DNA of 64,000 nt from an uncultured Thiotrichaceae bacterium (GTDB lineage: Bacteria > Pseudomonadota > Gammaproteobacteria > SZUA-229), in NCBI GenBank assembly GCA_964466455.1, contig CAYXNL010000002.1:9964-73963 (forward strand), given 5' to 3'. The first letter of the stretch is position 1, and each line of letters opens with the position of its first letter. Both the position numbers and the translations under genes were made by a program. Of this stretch, positions 20,604 through 31,206 are shown piece by piece. Under the pieces are notes generated by a model. That model did not search any database, was not told where the DNA came from, and was given only the letters and a program-made list of their open reading frames with translations.

Positions 20604-21680
20604 GTGCCTGAAAAATTATTACGCTGGATACGCCCCGAAATTCAGAATTTATCTGCCTATCATGTCGCTAATGCAGATGGCCTGATTAAGCTGGACGCGA
20701 TGGAAAATCCTTATTTGCTACCGGAAAATATACGCCGTGATTTGCAGCATGCGCTGGCTGCTACTGCATTAAATCGCTATCCTGATCCACATGCAAAAGC
20801 ATTAACCGCCGCGTTGCATACATACATGCAAATACCTTCCGATCGGGCGATTATTTTAGGCAATGGCTCAGATGAATTAATTCAGATACTGGCAATGTCG
20901 ATACTGAAGAAAAATACCTGCCTGATGGCTTTTGAGCCGGGTTTTGTTATGTACCGAATGATTGCTGAGTTTGCCGGTATTGACTATGTGGGAGTGCCGC
21001 TGGATGTGAACTTTAATCTGGATATAGGGTTAACCCTTGATGCAATAGAAAAACATCAGCCAGCAATAATTTTTATTGCCTATCCGAATAACCCCAGTGC
21101 CAATCTATTCGATGCTTCCATGATTGAAACCATTATCAGGCTGGCGCCAGGGCTGGTTGTTGTGGATGAAGCCTATCATCCGTTCGCACAAAAAACTTTT
21201 CTGCCTGCGTTATCTGAATTTGAAAACCTGATGGTGATGCGTACCGTATCTAAACTTGGTCTGGCGGGATTGCGTCTGGGTTTTTTATGTGGCTCGCCAG
21301 TAATTGTTAATGAAATTGACAAACTTCGTTTGCCCTATAATATTAATGTTTTAACACAAACGGCAGCTCTTTTTATGCTGGAGAATATGGCTGTACTTGA
21401 GCAACAGGCCGGGTTTATTTGCGAGCAGCGTACAGGTGTTTTTGCTGCAATGAATAAATATGATGGCATAGAGGTTTTTCCCAGCCAGGCTAACTTTATT
21501 TTATTTAGAGTACGGTATAAAAGTAGCGATGAGGTTTTTGATATTATAAAAGATAATGGCGTGTTAATTAAGAATATGAAAGCGACACATGGACCGCTGC
21601 GAAACTGTCTGCGGGTGACAATTGGTACTGCGGAAGAGAATAAATTTTTTCTGCAGGCACTGGAAAAAGCATTACGTTAA
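20604..21680 (+). CDS. hisC: Histidinol-phosphate aminotransferase
   Basis: 358 aa with a GTG start. Class-II aminotransferase with a PLP lysine region (SKLGLAGLRLG). Confidence 0.85.
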   Translation: MPEKLLRWIRPEIQNLSAYHVANADGLIKLDAMENPYLLPENIRRDLQHALAATALNRYPDPHAKALTAALHTYMQIPSDRAIILGNGSDELIQILAMSILKKNTCLMAFEPGFVMYRMIAEFAGIDYVGVPLDVNFNLDIGLTLDAIEKHQPAIIFIAYPNNPSANLFDASMIETIIRLAPGLVVVDEAYHPFAQKTFLPALSEFENLMVMRTVSKLGLAGLRLGFLCGSPVIVNEIDKLRLPYNINVLTQTAALFMLENMAVLEQQAGFICEQRTGVFAAMNKYDGIEVFPSQANFILFRVRYKSSDEVFDIIKDNGVLIKNMKATHGPLRNCLRVTIGTAEENKFFLQALEKALR

Positions 21681-21740
21681 TGACATACTAATTACCGTTC
21701 TCATTAGTAATACCCCGTCTGCTTGCGGCGGGGTAGTTTA

Positions 21741-22877
21741 TTAGCGGCTCATTAGTGGTCGTTGCCCCAGTGTAGCACGGATAACAAAACTCTGGCGTTT
21801 GCGAAAACCTTCGATACGAAAAACATCACCAGGTTTCCCGGCTGCAATCTGTTTTAGAATATCCTGAGTGGTATAAATTTTCCTGTTATTAATCCCGGTA
21901 ATGATATCACCGATTTTAATACCGGCGAGGTAACCGGGACCATCAATATCAACCCCGGTAATTAAAATACCATGCGTTGGCTCCAGGTTGGCAGAATGGA
22001 TAATACCGGGTGTTAACTGCTGACCCTCAACGCCCAGCCAGCCACGTACCACATAGCCATTGGTGACAATTTGATTAAACACATGTTTTGCCATGTTAAC
22101 GGGAATAGCGAAACTGATCCCCTGATAACTGCCGGTGCTGGAATAGATGTTTGAATTAATGCCGATGATTTCACCCGCAGTATTAATTAATGCGCCACCT
22201 GAATTACCCGGATTAATGGCAGCATCTGTCTGTAAAAAATTTTCATAGGTATTGCGAGTAACACGAGTACGACCCGTTGCACTGATAATTCCCTGGGTGA
22301 CCGTCTGACCGATAGCATAGGGGTCACCAATAGCCAGTACAATATCACCGACCTTTAGTTTGTTGCTGTTACCGATAATAGCAACCGGTAGATTTTTCAG
22401 GTTAATTTTTAAAACAGCAAGGTCAGTATCCGGATCGGAGCCGAGAATTTTTGCTGCAACCGTTCTGCCATCTTTCAGATGTACCTGAATTTCATCATGA
22501 TGTTCAATAACGTGATAATTCGTCAGAATGTGGCCGTGTTTATCGAAAATAATACCTGAGCCAGCAGAGTCTTCATGTAAAACGGGGGTATGGGGTGATC
22601 CCTTTGCAAGAAACTGCTGTAACAGGGGCTTTCTGTTAAGGATATTTGTAGATATGTTTTTGACGTAGGAATAGGTTGATATGCTGACCACTGCCGGTGC
22701 AGCTTTACTGATGGCAGAAGAAAAACTGTGTATCAAAAAAGGGGGGGGTGCGGCTCGATTTTTTGCCCTGGGTAATGTTTTTATATCGCCATTCCAGAGC
22801 AGAAAAATAGCACCTGCCATCAGCCCGAAAACCAGCCAGGCAAAATAATACCCTACTTTTATGTTGTTTTTCTTCAT
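21741..22877 (-). CDS. DegS/AlgW-like periplasmic serine endoprotease (HtrA family, single PDZ)
   Basis: 378 aa with an N-terminal TM anchor, a trypsin domain carrying GNSGGAL, and one C-terminal PDZ. Its position after hisC mirrors Pseudomonas algW. Confidence 0.75.
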   Translation of the reverse strand: MKKNNIKVGYYFAWLVFGLMAGAIFLLWNGDIKTLPRAKNRAAPPPFLIHSFSSAISKAAPAVVSISTYSYVKNISTNILNRKPLLQQFLAKGSPHTPVLHEDSAGSGIIFDKHGHILTNYHVIEHHDEIQVHLKDGRTVAAKILGSDPDTDLAVLKINLKNLPVAIIGNSNKLKVGDIVLAIGDPYAIGQTVTQGIISATGRTRVTRNTYENFLQTDAAINPGNSGGALINTAGEIIGINSNIYSSTGSYQGISFAIPVNMAKHVFNQIVTNGYVVRGWLGVEGQQLTPGIIHSANLEPTHGILITGVDIDGPGYLAGIKIGDIITGINNRKIYTTQDILKQIAAGKPGDVFRIEGFRKRQSFVIRATLGQRPLMSR

Positions 22878-23142
22878 TGTGATTTTGTATCTTATTGTTT
22901 TTATTATAATTGATTTATTAAGTTTGGCTAATTTGCTAATTTACGCTATTCTATGCGCGCTTTGCAAGCGATGTGATTAGGATTTCCAGTGAGATTTCGC
23001 TACTTTTAGACTGGTTAAAATAACAGTTTTTTGTTGTTCTTGCCTCAACGTAGTTGCCTATCCACTATGGGGTTGAAATTAACGCTTTGCAATCAGGATA
23101 GAGTTATTATTTTATTTTTTATCTTTTTTGGAGATAACCATA

Positions 23143-23754
23143 ATGTCTACTGCCGAAACGTCTGGTAAGAAGGTAGATACAGGTCGACGCCGATTTCTGG
23201 TTGCCGCTACTTCGGTAGTGGGGGCTGTTGGTGCCGGGTTTGTTGCGGTACCTTTTCTTGAAAGTTGGGAACCGAGTGCACGTGCCCTAAATGCGGGTGC
23301 GCCTGTAGAAGTAAATATTAGTAAGCTTGTTGAAGGTCGACTATTAACGGTTGGCTGGCAAAGTAAACCGGTGTGGTTTCTTCGACGGTCGAAGATAACA
23401 CTGGCCAATCTGCCAAAGAATGATGATCGTCTACTGGATCCTCATTCTGATGCTGTATCACAGCAACCACCCTATGCGAAAAATGAGTATCGATCACGTA
23501 TAGCAGAAATGTTTGTGGTGGTTGGTATCTGTACTCATCTGGGATGTATTCCAACCTATCGTCCAGATATTGGGCCAGAGGATCTGGGTGCCAACTGGCT
23601 GGGTGGTTTCTACTGTCCCTGTCATGGTTCTCGCTATGATCTGGCTGGTCGGGTGTTTAAAGATGTGCCAGCACCACTTAACCTGCTGGTTCCTGATTAT
23701 TATTATGTCAATAATGATGTCATCCTTGTTGGTGAATCTGGAGGTAAAGCATAA
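23143..23754 (+). CDS. petA: Ubiquinol-cytochrome c reductase Rieske iron-sulfur subunit
   Basis: Tat signal RRRFLVAAT. Rieske boxes CTHLGC and CPCHGS. The start was placed at ATG 23143. Confidence 0.85.
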   Translation: MSTAETSGKKVDTGRRRFLVAATSVVGAVGAGFVAVPFLESWEPSARALNAGAPVEVNISKLVEGRLLTVGWQSKPVWFLRRSKITLANLPKNDDRLLDPHSDAVSQQPPYAKNEYRSRIAEMFVVVGICTHLGCIPTYRPDIGPEDLGANWLGGFYCPCHGSRYDLAGRVFKDVPAPLNLLVPDYYYVNNDVILVGESGGKA

Positions 23755-24965
23755 TGAGTAGCTTACTAGGCTGGATAGATGATCGTTTTCCATTAACTAA
23801 AATGTGGAATGAGCATCTGGCGAAGTACTATGCGCCAAAAAACTTTAATTTCTGGTATTTTTTTGGTTCCTTAGCACTGATGGTGCTGGTTATTCAAATA
23901 ATTACTGGTATTTTTCTTACCATGCATTATAAACCTGATAGTCATCTGGCGTTTGGTTCAGTTGAATTTATCATGCGCGATGTAAAGTATGGCTGGTTGA
24001 TTCGCTATATTCATACCACGGGTGCAACTGCCTTTTTTATTGTGGTTTATTTGCATATGTTCCGTGCGTTATTGTATGGCTCATTCAAAAAACCACGTGA
24101 ATTGCTGTGGTTATTCGGGATGTTTATTTACGTGGCGTTAATGGCTGAAGCCTTTATGGGTTATCTGCTGCCATGGGGTCAGATGTCATACTGGGGAGCA
24201 CAGGTAATTACTTCTTTGTTTGGCGCAATTCCTGTTGTTGGTCATAGCCTGTTAATATGGATTCGTGGTGATTTCGTCATTGGTGATGCAACATTGAATC
24301 GTTTCTTTGCACTGCATGTGATCGCACTGCCGCTAGTACTGGTCTTCCTGGTTATTGCGCACGTTCTTGCGCTGCATGAAGTGGGTTCAAATAACCCGGA
24401 TGGTATTGAAATTAAGAAAAATAAAGATGCTAATGGTATCCCGTTAGACGGTATTCCGTTCCATCCTTATTACACGGTTAAAGATATCGTTGGGGTAGTC
24501 GTATTCCTGTTTTTCTTCTCCATTATCGTGTTTTATCTACCGGCTGGCGGTGGTTATTTGCTGGAAAGTAATAACTTTATTCCGGCTAATATCCTGAAAA
24601 CGCCGCCAGAGATTTCACCTCTATGGTATTTCACTCCCTTCTACGCGATATTACGGGCTGTGCCTGATAAGTTGATGGGCGTTGGGGCTATGGGTTCGTC
24701 CATTGTTGTGCTGTTCTTCCTGCCGTGGATTGATCGTTGTAAAGTTAAATCCATTCGCTATCGTTCAGTTATTTATAAAATAAATCTTGCTGTATTTGTA
24801 ATAAGTTTTTTCGTACTAGGTTATTTGGGGATGCATCCAGTATCATTAACTAATACCGTGTTATCGCGCGTCTTCGGCTTCCTGTATTTCGCTTTCTTTA
24901 TTGTATTGTTCATTACATCGAAAAATGAAAGTACTAAACCTGTACCGGATAGGGTGACATCATGA
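23754..24965 (+). CDS. petB: Cytochrome b of the bc1 complex
   Basis: 403-aa polytopic membrane protein of the cytochrome b family with conserved His ligand regions. Confidence 0.9.
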   Translation: MSSLLGWIDDRFPLTKMWNEHLAKYYAPKNFNFWYFFGSLALMVLVIQIITGIFLTMHYKPDSHLAFGSVEFIMRDVKYGWLIRYIHTTGATAFFIVVYLHMFRALLYGSFKKPRELLWLFGMFIYVALMAEAFMGYLLPWGQMSYWGAQVITSLFGAIPVVGHSLLIWIRGDFVIGDATLNRFFALHVIALPLVLVFLVIAHVLALHEVGSNNPDGIEIKKNKDANGIPLDGIPFHPYYTVKDIVGVVVFLFFFSIIVFYLPAGGGYLLESNNFIPANILKTPPEISPLWYFTPFYAILRAVPDKLMGVGAMGSSIVVLFFLPWIDRCKVKSIRYRSVIYKINLAVFVISFFVLGYLGMHPVSLTNTVLSRVFGFLYFAFFIVLFITSKNESTKPVPDRVTS

Positions 24966-25741
24966 AAAAGACTTTATTGACTCTATTAACGTCCAGTTTG
25001 CTGGCTGTCTTCTGGTTGGCGAACCCGGTGATTGCCTCCGCTGATGAAGGGGTTCATCTGGATAAGGCTCCTATCAATATTAGTGATAAGGCCTCACTGC
25101 GGCGAGGTGCGAAGATATTCGCGGAGAACTGTTACAGTTGTCATTCAGCGAAATATATGCGCTTTAATCGTATTGCCAAAGATCTTGATATGAGCAACAA
25201 GGATGTACGCGATATGATGATCTTTACCCGCGATGCCAAGGGTGCACCAACAAAAATTGGTGCTCTGATGAAAGTTGCCATGACACCCGCTTACGCGAAA
25301 AGAGCATTTGGTATAGCAGTGCCAGATCTTACAGTAGAAGCGCGTGCCCGGGGTGCTGACTGGTTATATACCTATCTGCGTAGTTTCTATCTGGATTCCA
25401 GCCGTCCGAGCGGTGTGAATAATGTGGTATTCCCCAAGGTTGGGATGCCGGATATTCTCTGGAAGCAGCAGGGCCTGAAAAAAGCCGTGTATAAAACTAT
25501 TGTACAGGGCGATGGCGTGAAGGCGCAGGTAATTGACCACATGATTACAGTCGTTCCTGGAACCATGAGTACTGCCCAGTTCAACAAGTATACGGCTGAC
25601 CTGGTCAACTTTATGGTTTACATTGCTGAACCAATACAAAATACACGACGTGCCATGGGCTGGAAAGTGCTTGGCTTCCTGGTTATCTTTTTCGTCTTCG
25701 CTTATATGTTGAAGAAAGAGTACTGGAAAGACGTGCATTAG
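24962..25741 (+). CDS. petC: Cytochrome c1
   Basis: 259 aa with a signal peptide, CYSCHS heme-binding motif and a C-terminal TM anchor. Confidence 0.85.
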   Translation: MKKTLLTLLTSSLLAVFWLANPVIASADEGVHLDKAPINISDKASLRRGAKIFAENCYSCHSAKYMRFNRIAKDLDMSNKDVRDMMIFTRDAKGAPTKIGALMKVAMTPAYAKRAFGIAVPDLTVEARARGADWLYTYLRSFYLDSSRPSGVNNVVFPKVGMPDILWKQQGLKKAVYKTIVQGDGVKAQVIDHMITVVPGTMSTAQFNKYTADLVNFMVYIAEPIQNTRRAMGWKVLGFLVIFFVFAYMLKKEYWKDVH

Positions 25742-25764
25742 ATATTGGTATATTAAGTAACGGT

Positions 25765-25811
25765 AGTCGGTACAATAATCATTGTATAATGATTGTTGTA
25801 CCGACTTTTCT
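25765..25811 (+). terminator. Rho-independent terminator after petC
   Basis: AGTCGGTACAATAATCATT gtata ATGATTGTTGTACCGACT, a 19-bp stem, followed by TTTT. Confidence 0.7.
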
Positions 25812-25831
25812 GTTCCCATACTGGAAGATAA

Positions 25832-26428
25832 ATGAATTTATATACAACGGCTAACTCAATTGAGTGTCATCGTACCCGTATTGTTTTAACTGAAAAAGAC
25901 ATTACACATGAAATTATTCAGGTTGATCTGAAAAAATTACCGGAAGATTTAATTGATTTAAATCCGTATGGTAGTGTGCCGACCCTGGTTGACCGTGAGC
26001 TGGTGTTATATAACTCACGGGTTATTATGGAGTATCTGGAAGAGCGTTTTCCTCATCCGCCATTAATGCCGGTAGGGCCTGTGCAGCGTGCACAAACACG
26101 CCTGGCACTATTTCGGGTTGAACATGACTGGTACCCGCTGATAGAAGTTATTGAAACTAAAGCCGAAAAGGCAGTGGTTAAAGCCAAAAAGGAACTAACA
26201 GAAAGTATCGCTTCTATTGCAGAAATTTTTACGGTAATGCCGTTTTTTCTCAGTGAAGATTTCAGTCTGGTTGATGCCAGTATTGCACCAATTTTATGGC
26301 GTCTGCCTCATTATGGTATTGAGTTACCTAAAGAGGCCAAAGCAGTTAATGACTATGCACAGCGCCTGTTCGATCGTGAAGGTTTTCAATTAAGCCTGAC
26401 CGAATCGGAGCGTGAGTTACGTCTGTAG
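25832..26428 (+). CDS. sspA: Stringent starvation protein A
   Basis: 198 aa, GST-like, followed by sspB, as in E. coli and Pseudomonas. Confidence 0.85.
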   Translation: MNLYTTANSIECHRTRIVLTEKDITHEIIQVDLKKLPEDLIDLNPYGSVPTLVDRELVLYNSRVIMEYLEERFPHPPLMPVGPVQRAQTRLALFRVEHDWYPLIEVIETKAEKAVVKAKKELTESIASIAEIFTVMPFFLSEDFSLVDASIAPILWRLPHYGIELPKEAKAVNDYAQRLFDREGFQLSLTESERELRL

Positions 26429-26574
26429 TTTGAGTAGCCTGAAATAATAATTGTCTGGACTATCATATTGACTGAACGAATAAAGCACGTCAGGCAGAAT
26501 GGAATCTGTTAATTTTCTGTTTCAGGTGTTACTCTATTCATCATATTTCAGGATAAAAAAATAGTGCTGATATT

Positions 26575-27048
26575 ATGCCCATGACATCCAGTCATCCCTA
26601 TCTTGTTCGAGCCATGTATCAGTGGATTAGTGATAATGGCTTAACTCCCTATCTGCTGGTTGATGCAACCATTGAAGATTGCATGGTTCCTGTTCAGCAT
26701 ATCCGTGATGGTAAAATTATTCTGAATATTGCACCAATGGCCGTTAATGGTCTGGTTCTTGGTGATGAAACGGTTACCTTCAGTGCCAAATTTTCAGGTA
26801 AATCTGAATCTATCTACATACCAGTTGAAGCGGTGCTGGCTATTTATGCCAGAGAAAACGGTCAGGGTATGATGTTTGCTGAAGAGGAAAACAGGCTAAG
26901 TGCGGTAGATGAAAATCAGGGAAAGATAAAAGAAGGCAAAAATATCGTATCGGTTAATCCAGAAGGCAGCAAATCAGGTTCCGACCCGGATAAACCCAAA
27001 CCACCGAGTTCAGGGCCACCACGACCTAATCTGCATGTTGTTAAATAG
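26575..27048 (+). CDS. sspB: ClpXP adaptor stringent starvation protein B
   Basis: 157 aa with an SspB N-domain (PYLVRAMYQWISDN) and a disordered C-terminal tail. Confidence 0.8.
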   Translation: MPMTSSHPYLVRAMYQWISDNGLTPYLLVDATIEDCMVPVQHIRDGKIILNIAPMAVNGLVLGDETVTFSAKFSGKSESIYIPVEAVLAIYARENGQGMMFAEEENRLSAVDENQGKIKEGKNIVSVNPEGSKSGSDPDKPKPPSSGPPRPNLHVVK

Positions 27049-27148
27049 TATGTTGTTAAACATGCCATTAAATAAGCATGTCGTCATATAGAACCATTGT
27101 GTCATAGAATCGTGCCATAGATGTTTGTGGTTGACAGGAAGTTGATAT

Positions 27149-27745
<597 letters not shown>

Positions 27746-27770
27746 TTACCTGTAATGGCTGGTGAATTAA

Positions 27771-27910
27771 TTATTACTGAAACAGATAAAAAGGATACTT
27801 ATTGTTCAGGACACGCTGTTAATACATCCATGTAAACTCGACACCCGCATCCCTGCGGCTGACGGTCTTGAACAATAAGTATCCTTTTTATCTATCCTGT
27901 TAGTATGTGG
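27771..27910 (+). repeat. ~140-bp imperfect palindromic intergenic repeat (MITE/ERIC/Correia-like), copy 2, best preserved
   Basis: Arms gataaaaaggatacttattgttcagg and cttgaacaataagtatcctttttatc pair over about 24-25 bp. The internal mini-hairpin is CCGCAtcccTGCGG. It is A-rich before and T-rich after the stem on both strands. It lies between the yraN stop and the diaA start. Confidence 0.7.
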
Positions 27911-27913
27911 CTA

Positions 27914-28294
27914 TTAAAACGCATTTTTTATCCAGTTGAAAGTGTAGTTTACATTGTCCGGATGGAACTGACTGCGTTCTGCTGAAGGCGACATGGCGAC
28001 AACATCGAACCGGGCAACTGGGAATTGTGTATGCTGTTGCAGGTATAACTCGGCCGTGCGTCTAATTTTCTGCTGCTTTTGCAGGGTAATGCTTGCTTCA
28101 GCCCCACCGAATGTATCATTTTTACGAAAACGCACTTCAATAAAAACCAGATTTTTTTGATCCAGCATAATAATATCTATTTCACCCAGGCGACAAAGGA
28201 AGTTTTTTTCCACCAGCTTCAGACCCTGTTCTTTCAAATAGAGATAGCAGGCCTGCTCTGCCTGTTCTCCCTGTTGTAGATGCTGCGCTTTCAA
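27914..28294 (-). CDS. yraN: UPF0102 family protein YraN (predicted endonuclease fold)
   Basis: 126 aa with the motif GEIDIIM...LVFIEVRFR, in the conserved position between lpoA and diaA. Confidence 0.75.
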   Translation of the reverse strand: MKAQHLQQGEQAEQACYLYLKEQGLKLVEKNFLCRLGEIDIIMLDQKNLVFIEVRFRKNDTFGGAEASITLQKQQKIRRTAELYLQQHTQFPVARFDVVAMSPSAERSQFHPDNVNYTFNWIKNAF

Positions 28295-30264
28295 TGCTGC
28301 ATGGGGGCTGGCTGTACAGATTTGATTACAGGTGTAACGGTATTGTCTGTACTGGAAATTATTCCGTCTTTCTGCGTGGGCAGGGCTTCAATTTTAATTT
28401 CAGGTTTTATATAGACGGCACGTCCGTTAATAAATCTGGCCCATAACAGGTGGCGTATAATTCGCCCATTTTTATCCAGCTGGATATTACCGGTTGCTCC
28501 GGAAAAACGCGCAAAATTATTTTCATGCAGGTATTGAAGATTAAACAGTAGATGGTAAGCATCAACTCCCAGTGCAAACAGACGGGTATAACGTTGTTGA
28601 TCGGGCCAGTTTGTTTTGAATATCTGTTTTAGTCGGTTCATGTTTTCTGCCATCTTACTATCAGATTTTGAGTTTTCCAGTACCCAGGGCATGTCACAGA
28701 ATAACAGACCGTCCAGATCGTTATCACGGCTAACATCTGGGGTTCCGGTATAAACGCTTGATGTAGCGTATACCGGCAGGGCACCTGCATGATGAAATCT
28801 TAATGAAGGAACAATACCGCGGGCAGATCGGGGAGTGGCTGCGATAAAAATCATATCTACATCATGTCTGCGATAAGGCATAAATTTTAATTTTTCACCC
28901 AATGTATCTTGAATTCTATGGTATCGCATTGTACTCTGGTCGAGATTAAACAGCCGTCGTATGGGGCGGGAAAAATCGGCACTGGTGCTGGAATAGTCCT
29001 GTGTTGCAATAACATTGCCGCCAAGTTGTTCAAAATAGGCAGAAAATGCATTTTGAATACGTCGTCCCCAGTTATTGTCCGGTGCCAGTATTACCACTTT
29101 CTGCTTACCCTGGCGTATTGCCAGTTCTGCTACTTGCCGGGCTTCATCTTCCGGAGACAGGCCAAACTGAAAAAGATTATTCGTTTGCATCTGAGGGTTG
29201 TTACTATAATTTAAGGTCAGCACCGGTATGGGTAAATCATGTTGTTGCTCAAGTTTGCTGATAAGTGTTTTATCAAGTGGCCCGATAATATTCGTTGCAC
29301 CATCATCAATAGCCTGCTGGAGGAGTTGGCTAAAGGAGACATTTGGGTCGGCTGTATCATAAAACTTGAGGGTCGGTCGTGTTGTTGCATCGTCATCCGT
29401 ATAGTAAGCACTTAATAGACCATTTTGGATGGTTACTGCGGCACCAGCAAATTTGCCCTGCTGGGGCAGTAGTACAGCAATGCGTTTCACTTTTATTGCG
29501 GTGGCGGTGTAGTCATCAATCAGGTGTGATAAAAATATATTGCTGACTGGCTGTTGTGGATGGCGAGTGCCCCAGTCCAGTACTGCATTTTCAACTTTAT
29601 TGATATTACGCTGTCCCTGTGAACTGAAGTTGCGCATAATACGTGCTAGATCTAGCCAGGCCAGGATTCCTGGATCCGTTGAAGTCTCCTGTTCTAAAGC
29701 AGTCGCAGACATACTCGATAAAACCGTCCAGATCTGTTCGTTATTTTTGAGCCTGGCATCGGCAGTGTCGAATTGTGTTTCAAGTTCCACTCGTGTTTTC
29801 ACTGCACGCATTGAATAACCAAGGGCTGCATCAATATCGGCGAGTAGTATTTTTGCCTGTAATTGACGTGATTGACGTAGACTACCTGTTGGTGGTAACA
29901 GGGTAATTGCCTTTTCCGGATTATTTTCTGCAAGAGCTACTCTGGCCGCCAGCAGACGTGTTTCGCCCATAATTGCGGCATCGGGTTTCATGCTATCGAG
30001 TATTTTGCCAGCGGATTTCAGATCGTGTTTATAGTAAAACAGCCGGGCAGACCTGAGAAGTAGTCTCTGGCGTTGTTCACCGCGAATTTCATTTGCCTGT
30101 GCTAAAGCCTGATTAGCCATATCACCCAGTTCGGCGGGGGTCATTTTAGACAGCGTTTCAGTATCCAGCGGTGTTGTGTTAATTTTTTTTAACGGGGAGA
30201 TGCTGCAGGCGGACAGAAAAATACAGCAACAGAAAATGAGACGTTTTAAAGTTTGTATATTCAA
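28291..30264 (-). CDS. lpoA: Penicillin-binding protein activator LpoA (outer-membrane lipoprotein)
   Basis: Large TPR-like N-domain plus a periplasmic-binding-protein-like C-domain. Divergent from rsmI as in E. coli. Putative TTG start at 30264 gives the lipoprotein signal MNIQTLKRLIFCCCIFLSAC. The track ORF (to 30600) overlaps rsmI and is over-extended. Confidence 0.7.
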   Translation of the reverse strand: MNIQTLKRLIFCCCIFLSACSISPLKKINTTPLDTETLSKMTPAELGDMANQALAQANEIRGEQRQRLLLRSARLFYYKHDLKSAGKILDSMKPDAAIMGETRLLAARVALAENNPEKAITLLPPTGSLRQSRQLQAKILLADIDAALGYSMRAVKTRVELETQFDTADARLKNNEQIWTVLSSMSATALEQETSTDPGILAWLDLARIMRNFSSQGQRNINKVENAVLDWGTRHPQQPVSNIFLSHLIDDYTATAIKVKRIAVLLPQQGKFAGAAVTIQNGLLSAYYTDDDATTRPTLKFYDTADPNVSFSQLLQQAIDDGATNIIGPLDKTLISKLEQQHDLPIPVLTLNYSNNPQMQTNNLFQFGLSPEDEARQVAELAIRQGKQKVVILAPDNNWGRRIQNAFSAYFEQLGGNVIATQDYSSTSADFSRPIRRLFNLDQSTMRYHRIQDTLGEKLKFMPYRRHDVDMIFIAATPRSARGIVPSLRFHHAGALPVYATSSVYTGTPDVSRDNDLDGLLFCDMPWVLENSKSDSKMAENMNRLKQIFKTNWPDQQRYTRLFALGVDAYHLLFNLQYLHENNFARFSGATGNIQLDKNGRIIRHLLWARFINGRAVYIKPEIKIEALPTQKDGIISSTDNTVTPVIKSVQPAPMQH

Positions 30265-30323
30265 GATACTATGTATATTGTAATTAATGTCAGGAAGGTG
30301 AAGTATGTTTTGTAGGGCTGATT

Positions 30324-31178
30324 GTGTCAATTGAAATCTTACCGGGAAAGCTTTATCTGGTGGCAACACCGATAGGAAATCTGGGTGATATAAGTCGTCG
30401 AGCCATTGAGATATTAACAGAAGTTGACATCGTTGCTGCTGAGGATACTCGCCATAGTCAGAAACTGTTATCCTACCTTGGTATATCGCCCCGCATGATA
30501 GCCTGTCATGAACATAATGAAGATCAGCTTGGTCCAAAATTAATTGGCTGGTTGCAGCAGGGTAAGTCGATAGCGCTAATCTCCGATGCCGGTACACCAC
30601 TGGTTAGTGACCCTGGTTACCGGCTGGTAAAGCTGGCGCATCATCATGATATTCAGGTTGTGCCGGTACCGGGAGCCTGTGCTGCGATTGCAGCATTAAG
30701 TGGTGCTGGGCAGGCAACCGACCATTTCTGTTTTGAAGGTTTCGTACCGGCAAAGTCAGCGGCACGGGTGCAGGTTTTTGCAGCACTGAAGTACGAAAGG
30801 CGTACGATGATATTCTACGTATCCTGCCATCGTATCAGAGAAACACTGGATGATATGGTCGCCGTACTGGGTGAAAACAGAAATATTACCTTTGCTCGTG
30901 AAATAACAAAAACATTTGAAACAATTCGGTGTACAACGCTGGCGGCGTTACGCCAGTTTGTTGCCGCAGATGAAAACCAGCGCAAAGGTGAGATCGTGCT
31001 GGTGCTTGAGGGTTGTCAGCAGCCACCGGATAATAACACCCAGACAACAAATTTTCTGAAAATCCTGTTGCAGGAGCTGCCGGTTAAGCAGGCGGTTTCT
31101 TTTGTAGTAAAAATGACCGGTGCCAATAAAAATGAAGTATATAAAAAAGCGCTCGCCTTAAAACAGGAACATGAATAG
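30324..31178 (+). CDS. rsmI: 16S rRNA 2'-O-ribose C1402 methyltransferase RsmI
   Basis: 284 aa, tetrapyrrole-methylase fold (LYLVATPIGNLGDIS, AAEDTRHS), with a GTG start. Confidence 0.85.
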   Translation: MSIEILPGKLYLVATPIGNLGDISRRAIEILTEVDIVAAEDTRHSQKLLSYLGISPRMIACHEHNEDQLGPKLIGWLQQGKSIALISDAGTPLVSDPGYRLVKLAHHHDIQVVPVPGACAAIAALSGAGQATDHFCFEGFVPAKSAARVQVFAALKYERRTMIFYVSCHRIRETLDDMVAVLGENRNITFAREITKTFETIRCTTLAALRQFVAADENQRKGEIVLVLEGCQQPPDNNTQTTNFLKILLQELPVKQAVSFVVKMTGANKNEVYKKALALKQEHE

Positions 31179-31206
31179 GAATGCCGGTCATGTCTGCTGT
31201 GATTAT

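Noticed and set aside
27085-27125. Possible sigma54 promoter (TGGCAC-N5-TATGA on the minus strand) in the sspB/diaA convergent gap
   Set aside because: The -12 element does not match TTGCW/GC, and the site lies between two convergent gene ends with nothing downstream to drive.
28291-30600. Full 769-aa LpoA ORF overlapping rsmI by about 280 bp on the opposite strand
   Set aside because: The N-terminal 110 codons have no lipoprotein signal. An in-frame TTG at 30264 gives a canonical lipobox (FLSAC) and leaves a normal divergent promoter gap with rsmI.
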